In this document: in pieces, positions 52,192 to 59,883 of the stretch
Layout of the letters: every line of letters starts with the position of its first letter
How positions within the stretch are numbered: the stretch's first letter is position 1
Assembly: GCA_002406115.1 (NCBI GenBank)
Contig: DHNC01000014.1
Location: 5,590 to 69,589 of the forward strand
Direction of reading: 5' to 3'
Length of the DNA: 64,000 bases
DNA from: Christensenella sp. UBA4626
GTDB lineage: Bacteria > Bacillota > Clostridia > Christensenellales > UBA1242
Made by a program: the position numbers and the translations under genes
Notes under the pieces: model-generated
The model's input: the letters and a program-made list of their open reading frames with translations, nothing else
Databases searched by the model: none
What the model was told of the DNA's origin: nothing

Positions 52192-52220
52192 TTGAGTTTT
52201 TGTGTGCGTTTGTGTATAAT
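52192..52220 (+). promoter_or_regulatory. promoter of the SRP RNA gene
   Basis: TTGAGT-17 nt-TATAAT. The TSS is predicted at ~52227-52228. Confidence 0.65.
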
Positions 52221-52227
52221 AAAAATG

Positions 52228-52498
52228 AGTTGTACTAGGCGGGGAGCTAGTGGTGCCCTGTAACCTGCAATCCACTACAGCAGGGCTGATGTGCATTATG
52301 CGGGGCAAACTTGGCTGTGTTGAGTAGGCTTTGTGTATGTTGAAATTAAGGTCTTATACAATATTGCCCCTCGAACCATGTCAGGGTCGGAAGACAGCAG
52401 CATTAAGAAGGATACAGTATGTGCTGTAAGGTTGCTTTGATGGAGTGCAAAAAGTTTATGCCAGCAGGCAATTTGTTTCAAGAATGCATGTGCAACTT
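52228..52498 (+). ncRNA. ffs: signal recognition particle RNA, large Bacillus type with Alu domain (~271 nt)
   Basis: Alu-domain motif GGUGCCCUGUAACCUGCAAUCC. Domain IV motif GUCAGGGUCGGAAGACAGCAGC. 5'/3' closing helix agttgtac/gtgcaact. A promoter lies upstream and a terminator downstream. Confidence 0.88.
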
Positions 52499-52506
52499 AC
52501 CAGTTA

Positions 52507-52535
52507 AACTTGGTTGAAAACACCAAGTTTTTTTA
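52507..52535 (+). terminator. intrinsic terminator after the SRP RNA
   Basis: aacttgg-ttgaaaaca-ccaagtt-tttttt. Confidence 0.75.
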
Positions 52536-52624
52536 TTGGTGATTTTAAAGATAGATTGCATTCTTGAAACTAACAATTTTGTGTCAACAAAATTATTTTG
52601 AAAGAGAATAACGCAACTTACCAA

Positions 52625-52655
52625 TAAAAAAGTTCGTATTAACTACGAACTTTTT
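52625..52655. terminator. bidirectional terminator hairpin (copy 1 of a pair)
   Basis: aaaaaa-agttcgta-ttaac-tacgaact-tttt. The same stem recurs at 53062-53092. Confidence 0.75.
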
Positions 52656-52733
52656 ATTATCAATTCAAACATTTACAACATAAATAAAGTTGCTCAAGTG
52701 AATTAAACATGCTATTATATTTAAGAGGAAATT

Positions 52734-53036
52734 ATGATTTGGGAAAATATTGAGTGGAAAGATGAATCTTTATTAAATGAATATAGGAAGAATGTTGCTT
52801 TGATTTTAGATTATAAATTGGCATTGGAAAACTATGAAGACTTTACAAATATTAAACTAGCGAAATTTTGTAAAATTGAAAAGTTTTGGTATGATGGTAA
52901 AAGGAATAAATCAACTGAAGTTGAACTGTTCAACCTTTCAAAAAAAGTTCTAAAAGATTATGCAAATTTAGTAAATAAACTCGGTAAGCAAAATTTTATT
53001 TTTTACAAAAATGGTGGAATTGAATATAAAAATTAA
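52734..53036 (+). CDS. hypothetical protein (100 aa), AT-rich
   Basis: SD agaggaa 5 nt upstream of the ATG. No recognisable motif. It is bracketed by the twin hairpins. Confidence 0.55.
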   Translation: MIWENIEWKDESLLNEYRKNVALILDYKLALENYEDFTNIKLAKFCKIEKFWYDGKRNKSTEVELFNLSKKVLKDYANLVNKLGKQNFIFYKNGGIEYKN

Positions 53037-53061
53037 ACATAAAAGAGATATATTTTCTATT

Positions 53062-53092
53062 AAAAAAGTTCGTAGATAATACGAACTTTTTT
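53062..53092. terminator. bidirectional terminator hairpin (copy 2 of the pair)
   Basis: aaaaaa-agttcgta-gataa-tacgaact-ttttt, 3 nt from the nifJ stop. Confidence 0.75.
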
Positions 53093-53094
53093 GT

Positions 53095-56000
53095 TTAATC
53101 TTTTTTGCTTTCTTTTTGTTTGTTTAAATATGTGGTGCGGCGCAAGATTGCGTCTTTTTCGCTCTGCTTGATAAGTTTTGCTTTGCTGGTTTTGTTGACT
53201 TTGCTAAGGATTGCAAAGCGGTTTTCGCTTTCAACATATTCAGAGTATGGCATGGTTGGGTCGTAGCTGTCAACTTGCATTGGTTGTTTTGCAGTTGGAT
53301 TGTAACGGAACAAAGTGTTGTAGCCGCTCTTGACTGAGTTCCAACTATGGATTTGACTGAAACGCATATTGTAGCCGTGATTTATGCAAGGTGCGTAAGC
53401 GATAATCACGCTTGGGCCGTTATATTGCTCTGCCTCAACAAAGGCTTGCACGCATTGGTCTGGGTTTGCACCCATTGCCACTTGGGCAACGTAAACGTCT
53501 TTGTACGTCATAAGCATGGAAGCCAAATCTTTCTTTTTGGTGGTTTTGCCTGTCATATTAAACTTGGCAGTTGCGCCTCTTGGAGTTGCCTTGCTGGTTT
53601 GACCGCCCGTGTTGGAATAAACCTCTGTGTCCAGCACCAAAATGTTGACATTTTCACCACTGGCAACAACATGGTCAAGCCCGCCAAAGCCGATATCATA
53701 AGCCCAGCCATCGCCGCCAAAAATCCACACGCTTGGGCTAACAATCAAATGAATGTTGTCAAACAAATATTGGTCTTGCGGTTCAATGATATGACCTTTT
53801 TGATAGTCTTTAAGTTTGAGAGTTAAGGCCTTATTGTTTTCGTGATTTTCTGGGTTTGCAAGGAACTCTTTAAGCATATTTGCAACCTTGCGGGAAAGTT
53901 TGATTGACCTTAATTTTTCAATAAAATTGTTGCGTTCGTTGCGGCGGGCAATTGAAATGCCAAAGCCAAATTCGGCGTTATCTTCAAACAAACTGTTTGC
54001 CCAACTTGGGCCAAAGCCGTCCTTGTCCTTGCTGTATGGGCAAGTCGGATAAGTGCCACCATAAATTGATGAACAGCCTGTTGCGTTGGCAATCAACATT
54101 CGGTCGCCAAACAATTGAGTGGCAAGTTTGATGTAAGGAGTTTCCCCACAGCCAGCGCAAGCGCCACTGAACTCAAAATATGGTTTTTTGAATTGTACGC
54201 CTTTTGTTGTGTTTGGTGTAAAAGGTGTGTTTTGTGGCAAGGTGAGCATAAATTCGTAGTTTGCAACTTCCTTTTCCCTAATCTTTTCTGCTTGCTCCAT
54301 GATGAGCGCTTTGACTGGGCAAATGCTCGCACAAACGCCGCAGCCAGTGCAATCAAGAGTGTTCACTTGCATACGATAGTTGCCGTCGCAGATAAATGCT
54401 TTTTTGCTTTCAAAAGTTTTTGGCACTTTGCGTTTTTCACTGAAAATAACTGGTCGGATTGCTGCGTGTGGGCACATCATTGTGCATCTGCCGCATTGAA
54501 TGCATTTTTCGCTTATCCAGTTTGGCAATTCTTCTGCCAAAGCACGCTTTTCAAATTTTGCCGTGTCGGTAGGCATACGACCGGAAATATCAAATTTGCT
54601 GACAGGGATATCGTTGCCTTGTTGATTTGATGTTGGCACGATAATTTCTTCATAATATTCAGATTGTGGCACTTTGCACGCCAAATTATGATTGATTGTA
54701 AGTTGATTTGTGTCGATTGTTTGCAAATTTTCGACCGCTTGTTGAATTGCCTTCAAGTTTGCATCAACAACCGCTTGCCCTTTGCGTGAATATGTTTTTT
54801 CGATTGTGCGTTTGATGTTTGACATTGCAACATCAAAAGGCAATAAGCCAGAAACATAAAACAGTGCGGTTTGCATGATAGTGTTGATTTTGCCACCAAG
54901 GGCGTTGTCCATGGCAATTTTGCTGGCGTTGATTGAATAAACACGTGTGTGCTTTTCTTTCAAATCTTGCTTCATTTTGTCTGGCATAATTTTGTTGAGC
55001 GTTTCAAAATCGTACGGGCAATTGATGAGCATAATGCCGTTGTTTTTGAGGCAATCGGTCATGTCATATTTTTCAATAAAACCTGCATTGTTGCACATCA
55101 ACAAATCCACTTGTTGTGGGTTGAAAGGCGCAATGATTGGTTGAAAACTTGCACGCATATGCGAAATGGTTAGACTGCCAGATTTTTTGCTGTCGTAATC
55201 AAAATAGCCTTGCACATAACTTGTGGTTTCCTCACCCAAAATTTTGATTGTGTTTTTAACCGAACTTACGCTGCCGTCGCTGCCCAAACCATAAACTCGC
55301 ATACTGAAATCGGCAATTCTATCCTGAAATTTCGGTGTAACTTCCAAACTGGTGCCAGAAACATCATCATAAACGCCGACGGTGAAAAATTGTTTTTTGC
55401 GCTTGAACATATTTTCAAACACGGCAAGTGCCATATCTGGCGTAAACTCCTTGCCGCCCAAACCAAAGCAACCAGAATATGTGTTGCAATTGATTTTGTG
55501 TTTTTGAAGTGCGGACAAAACATAGCCTGTGAGTGTGTCAGTGCCGTTCACGTCCAAATTTCGTTCCAAAATGGTAATGTTTCGCACATTTTTTGGCAAT
55601 TTGTTGATAAAAGTTTGCTCATCGAAAGGCTTTAATAAACGCACTTTTAAAATGCCGACATTCTTGCCATATTGCTTTTGAGCAAGGCGTAAAACGTCCG
55701 CTGAACTGCCGATTGAAACGACCACGTCACGAGCATATTTATCGCCAAAATATTCCACTGTGTCGTAATGACGATTTGTGATTTCCGCTTGTTTGTTTAA
55801 GCAAAATTTAACATCTTCAATCACATTGCTATATTTATCCAACGCTTTAACTCTGTTTTGCATAAATACATCTGGATTTTGGTTTGTGCCGGCGCTGAAA
55901 CTGTTGTAATTGTTGAGGGCACGCTGCTTGAATGCCTTGATGTCTGCAAAATCTACAACCTTTTTGAGGTCTTCGAGGTCGCTTACATAAACCGTGTTGT

Positions 56001-56532
56001 ATTCGTGGCTGGTTCTAAACCCGTCAAAAAAGCAAATGAAAGGTGTGCCGGTTTTTAAAGCCGCAAGTTCGGCAGCAATGGCAATATCATTGACCTCTTG
56101 CACTGACGAACAATTGATTATATTAAAGCCAGTTTTTAAGCAAGCATAAATATCGCTATAATCGCAAAAAATGCTTAAAGCATGGGTTGCCACAGTGCGG
56201 GCTGCAACATAAAAAACTGTTGGCAAACATTCGCCTGCTATCTTATACATATTTGGAATCATCAACATCAAACCCTGGCTGGATGTGAAAGTGGTGGTTT
56301 TTGCACCTGCCATCAAACTGCCATGGACAGCGCCAGCAACCCCACCCTCGCTTTGCATTTGAGCAATACGCAAGGTGTTGTCAAAAATATTTTTGCGTCC
56401 TTCTGTCATAAAAGTGTCGCAATTTTCCGCCATTGGGCTTGAAGGTGTGATTGGATAAATCACCGCAACATCATTCATCATATAGGCAATGTTGCTTGCA
56501 CAATAGTTTCCGTCAACTGTAAGTTTTTGCAT
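53095..56532 (-). CDS. nifJ: pyruvate:ferredoxin (flavodoxin) oxidoreductase
   Basis: 1145 aa single-chain PFOR. Two 4Fe-4S ferredoxin motifs (CIQCGRCTMMCPHAAI, CTGCGVCASICPVKAL) and the ThDP domain GGDGWAYDIGFGGLDHV. Confidence 0.95.
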   Translation of the reverse strand: MQKLTVDGNYCASNIAYMMNDVAVIYPITPSSPMAENCDTFMTEGRKNIFDNTLRIAQMQSEGGVAGAVHGSLMAGAKTTTFTSSQGLMLMIPNMYKIAGECLPTVFYVAARTVATHALSIFCDYSDIYACLKTGFNIINCSSVQEVNDIAIAAELAALKTGTPFICFFDGFRTSHEYNTVYVSDLEDLKKVVDFADIKAFKQRALNNYNSFSAGTNQNPDVFMQNRVKALDKYSNVIEDVKFCLNKQAEITNRHYDTVEYFGDKYARDVVVSIGSSADVLRLAQKQYGKNVGILKVRLLKPFDEQTFINKLPKNVRNITILERNLDVNGTDTLTGYVLSALQKHKINCNTYSGCFGLGGKEFTPDMALAVFENMFKRKKQFFTVGVYDDVSGTSLEVTPKFQDRIADFSMRVYGLGSDGSVSSVKNTIKILGEETTSYVQGYFDYDSKKSGSLTISHMRASFQPIIAPFNPQQVDLLMCNNAGFIEKYDMTDCLKNNGIMLINCPYDFETLNKIMPDKMKQDLKEKHTRVYSINASKIAMDNALGGKINTIMQTALFYVSGLLPFDVAMSNIKRTIEKTYSRKGQAVVDANLKAIQQAVENLQTIDTNQLTINHNLACKVPQSEYYEEIIVPTSNQQGNDIPVSKFDISGRMPTDTAKFEKRALAEELPNWISEKCIQCGRCTMMCPHAAIRPVIFSEKRKVPKTFESKKAFICDGNYRMQVNTLDCTGCGVCASICPVKALIMEQAEKIREKEVANYEFMLTLPQNTPFTPNTTKGVQFKKPYFEFSGACAGCGETPYIKLATQLFGDRMLIANATGCSSIYGGTYPTCPYSKDKDGFGPSWANSLFEDNAEFGFGISIARRNERNNFIEKLRSIKLSRKVANMLKEFLANPENHENNKALTLKLKDYQKGHIIEPQDQYLFDNIHLIVSPSVWIFGGDGWAYDIGFGGLDHVVASGENVNILVLDTEVYSNTGGQTSKATPRGATAKFNMTGKTTKKKDLASMLMTYKDVYVAQVAMGANPDQCVQAFVEAEQYNGPSVIIAYAPCINHGYNMRFSQIHSWNSVKSGYNTLFRYNPTAKQPMQVDSYDPTMPYSEYVESENRFAILSKVNKTSKAKLIKQSEKDAILRRTTYLNKQKESKKD

Positions 56533-56808
56533 AGTTCCCCTTTAAATATTTACGCCGCTATTATGGCGTTGGTGCCAAATGTAAGTTCATTTTGTATGTG
56601 CCAGATTTTTGTTTGAAATTTGAATGTAAAAAATTAAAAAAGTCAAACTGGCGTCAAAATCAAAACAAATTGCTCTTGTTCTTCTAATAGTATAAAAAAA
56701 ATCTCGCCTTATTGCAAACAATTGCAAAGATTTTTGAGTTTTGTTAAAATAAAGTAAACCAATTTTGCACCCGTAAAAAATAAAGGGTGATTACCACAAG
56801 GAGCAAAT

Positions 56809-57531
56809 ATGCGTTATTTAATGATTGTGACTTATGACGGCAAAAATTATTCCGGCTTTCAAAAGCAAAAATCCACAAATAAAACCATCCAATTTGAGTT
56901 GGAAAAAGCAATTGAAACAATAACAAAACAGCAAGTGGAATGTGTGGCAAGCGGCAGGACTGACGCTGGTGTTTCCGCTTATCATCAGCCGGTTCATTTT
57001 GACATAGATGTTGCAGTCAGTGAGCAAAAATTTTTAAAATCAATCAACGCACTTTTGCCGGATGAAATAAAAGTGCTTTCTATCGCTCCGTCCACAATCC
57101 ATGCTAGGTTTAGCGCCAAGAAAAAGACATATATTTACAAAATGCACATCTCAAACATAAATTTGCCACTGGAAAAAGACAAGTTGATTGTAAAACCAAG
57201 CCTTAATTTTAAAGCAATGAAAAAGTTTTGTGCTCTTATCACCGGCACACACGATTTTTCTGGATTTAAGGCAGCCGGTGGGCAGACAGAAAACGATGTA
57301 CGCACAATTTATTCCGCAAAATTGACCCGTAAAGGCGATAACCTAACTTTTGCTGTCACTGGCAATGGATTTTTGTATAAAATGGTGCGTAACCTAGTCG
57401 GCACAATGTTAAAAGTTGGCGAAGGCAAAATCGACATTAAAGATTTAAAGCAAAACCTTTTCAACGGCTTCAAATCCACCTTCACCGCCAAACCCGAATA
57501 CTTATATCTCTTCAACGTGGTGTATAAATAA
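56809..57531 (+). CDS. truA: tRNA pseudouridine(38-40) synthase TruA
   Basis: 240 aa with YDGKNYSGFQKQ and the catalytic GRTDAGVSA. Confidence 0.92.
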   Translation: MRYLMIVTYDGKNYSGFQKQKSTNKTIQFELEKAIETITKQQVECVASGRTDAGVSAYHQPVHFDIDVAVSEQKFLKSINALLPDEIKVLSIAPSTIHARFSAKKKTYIYKMHISNINLPLEKDKLIVKPSLNFKAMKKFCALITGTHDFSGFKAAGGQTENDVRTIYSAKLTRKGDNLTFAVTGNGFLYKMVRNLVGTMLKVGEGKIDIKDLKQNLFNGFKSTFTAKPEYLYLFNVVYK

Positions 57532-58085
57532 TGGAAGAAATTAAATATTCTTATTATGATGGTGGTAAAGATGTTGTTTTAATAATCACTGGTATTGGTG
57601 GTTCAACTCTCGGCTACAAAAATAAATATGACATTATAGCAAAAAGCATTGTCCAACACAAAAAATGTTCAGTGCTAATTGCAACTTCGCCACAAGGAAC
57701 TTGGCTTAATATTAAAGAAAATTTGATTCAAATTATCAACAAAATAATAGAAATAAAACAAACTGATAACGTAAATATATATGCTTTTGGACATTCTGTT
57801 GGTGGCAACATACTTCTTTTGAATGCATTTCGCTATCCACAAATAAAAAGAATAGTTGCTGTCAATCCTGTTATGAATGTAAACATTTCTTGGCTAATCG
57901 ATGGAATAAAAAACTTTAATGGAAAAGCAAGCGTTATATTTGGTGAACAAGATAGTTCTAGCAAATTTGCTTGTTTGATACCACAAAAAGAAAACATACA
58001 AACAATAATTTTACCTAAAATTGATCACTATTTCACTAACAATTTGGATTTATTTATTTCTTTACCTCTTAAATATTTGCTATAA
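57531..58085 (+). CDS. alpha/beta-hydrolase-fold protein (small, 184 aa)
   Basis: Nucleophile elbow GHSVGG and a late His in PKIDHYF. The ATG overlaps the truA stop. AT-rich. Confidence 0.5.
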   Translation: MEEIKYSYYDGGKDVVLIITGIGGSTLGYKNKYDIIAKSIVQHKKCSVLIATSPQGTWLNIKENLIQIINKIIEIKQTDNVNIYAFGHSVGGNILLLNAFRYPQIKRIVAVNPVMNVNISWLIDGIKNFNGKASVIFGEQDSSSKFACLIPQKENIQTIILPKIDHYFTNNLDLFISLPLKYLL

Positions 58086-58128
58086 ACTTTCGTTTGATTT
58101 TTTATTTCAATAGTTCTATAATTGCTAT

Positions 58129-59325
58129 ATGGACAAGAAAAAAGAACTATTGAATTTTTTATTAGATATTGATTGCTTATCAAAAATCAATTCGTATGCA
58201 AGTAAAGTTAATGTTTTCAGCATCTTGAAAACAGAACATACTGAAATTAGACACAGCAATATGCTTGCATGGTTATTAAACATCAACGAAAAGCACGGCT
58301 TTGGGAATGTATTCATACGAAATTTTTTAAACGAAATAATCAAAAACAATCAAGACAAGTTTGACAACATTAACCTTAGCAAATTACTTCTGGACAGTGT
58401 GGATAATTTTACTATTTATAGAGAATATTTACACATTGACATTTTACTTGTAAATAACGATACAAAACAACTCATTGCTATTGAAAACAAAGTTTATTCC
58501 ACTCAACATGATAATCAATTAAGCAAGTATAAAGAACAGTTAGAGTTGAAATATCCTGAATTTAAAGATAAAATTTTACTTTATTTAACACCTAACGATA
58601 GCGAAGAAGTAGATGATGATTGGATTAAAATTTCTTACGATTTAGTTTTGAATGCTTTGAAATTATCACTAGAAAGTTGCCAAAATATAGACGATGCTTC
58701 AAAACTTATTATAGAAAATTATATGGAAATTATTGAGAGGAATGTTATGAAAAATGATGATGAAATTAGAAATTTATGTTTAGACATTTACAATAAACAC
58801 AAATCTGCCCTTGACTTAATCTTTGAATACAAGCCAGACACTGATGATACAATCAACAATCTTATAGTCAATCATTTAAAAGAATGTAAAGATATAATTT
58901 ACAACGAAAAATATTCAAGTAAATTGTATGTAAGGTTTGTTACGCCAACAATTGTAAGACTAGCTCCAAGGCAATCTGCAAAGCCAGGAGTTGGCTGGGG
59001 AAACGGTTATCTTTTAATGTACGAAATATTAAATGACATTCGTTGGACACATTCTATTCAATTTAGAGCTGTGCTTTGCGAAATCCCCGAATTGAAGGAA
59101 ACGCACGACAAAATTTGTAATATAGCATTCAACCATGAAAAAGAATTCAATTTGTTAAAATCAAAAAATACTAAATGGATTAGAGTTTTAAGAAAATCAT
59201 TAAAAACAAATGCTTATGAAGAAGATTTTGACAAACTTTGTGAAGCAATATTAAAAGCACTTAACGAATTTATAACAAAAGATATTAAGAGATTTGAAAC
59301 AATACTAGAACAAGAATTAAATTAA
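58129..59325 (+). CDS. PD-(D/E)XK nuclease-superfamily protein (PDDEXK_4-like)
   Basis: 398 aa. N-terminal FSILKTEHTEIRHSNMLAWLL. Core IDILLVNNDTKQLIAIENKV (D ... E-x-K). Markedly AT-rich. Lies next to tRNA-Asn. Confidence 0.6.
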   Translation: MDKKKELLNFLLDIDCLSKINSYASKVNVFSILKTEHTEIRHSNMLAWLLNINEKHGFGNVFIRNFLNEIIKNNQDKFDNINLSKLLLDSVDNFTIYREYLHIDILLVNNDTKQLIAIENKVYSTQHDNQLSKYKEQLELKYPEFKDKILLYLTPNDSEEVDDDWIKISYDLVLNALKLSLESCQNIDDASKLIIENYMEIIERNVMKNDDEIRNLCLDIYNKHKSALDLIFEYKPDTDDTINNLIVNHLKECKDIIYNEKYSSKLYVRFVTPTIVRLAPRQSAKPGVGWGNGYLLMYEILNDIRWTHSIQFRAVLCEIPELKETHDKICNIAFNHEKEFNLLKSKNTKWIRVLRKSLKTNAYEEDFDKLCEAILKALNEFITKDIKRFETILEQELN

Positions 59326-59457
59326 AAACAAAAAAACTCCATACACCCAAAATAAACGGGGCCCCCGACAAAGCCAAACACAGTGGGTTTGTTGGGGAAC
59401 GAAAAAGCCAAGTAACAGTGCGACATTTTGTGTTTTTTCAACAAAAAACACAAGTCG

Positions 59458-59592
59458 CTAAAACTTGTGCTTCAAAAAAATAGGGCTCCCACAAAGGCTA
59501 GCAAAGCGCCTTTGAAGGGAATGAGGAACAACCACGTCACAATTGTCGCTATTGCTAATTTGCTGTTCGCAAACATAAGCCTTTTGCTCCAT
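59458..59592 (-). other. candidate 44-aa small ORF embedded in a ~156-nt imperfect hairpin (alternatively a structured sRNA)
   Basis: Minus strand: gagggtaaaggaaca-ATG ... MEQKAYVCEQQISNSDNCDVVVPHSLQRRFASLCGSPIFLKHKF. The closing stem is tagggtacccacaaa / tttgtgggagcccta (59622-59636 / 59481-59495), followed by a U-run and a second terminator hairpin (59449-59469). Confidence 0.3.
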
Positions 59593-59695
59593 TGTTCCTT
59601 TACCCTCAAAAATCAATGCTTTTTGTGGGTACCCTATAATCAGCGGTTGTTTTTTCAACAAAAAACAACCCGACCAAAAGGCCGAGTTGTGACGA

Positions 59696-59770
59696 TGGCG
59701 CCCCGAGTAGGGCTCGAACCTACAACCTATCGGTTAACAGCCGAGTGCTCCACCATTGAGCTATCGAGGC
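59696..59770 (-). tRNA. tRNA-Asn (anticodon GUU), CCA encoded
   Basis: Minus strand: GCCTCGA-TA-GCTC...GAGC-A-CTCGG-CU GUU AA-CCGAT-AGGTT-GTAGG TTCGAGC CCTAC-TCGGGGC-G-CCA. There is one C-U mismatch at the top of the anticodon stem. A terminator hairpin follows. Confidence 0.9.
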
Positions 59771-59883
59771 ATATATTGTTGACTGCCGTGCATTTTGCTA
59801 CGACAATGCCCTTATTATATCATCAAATATAAGGGTTGTCAACAATTTTTTTAACAAAATTTAATTTTTTGCTCATTTATATT

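Noticed and set aside
59428-59832. 134-aa plus-strand ORF.
   Set aside because: It runs antisense through tRNA-Asn and the structured spacer and has no SD.
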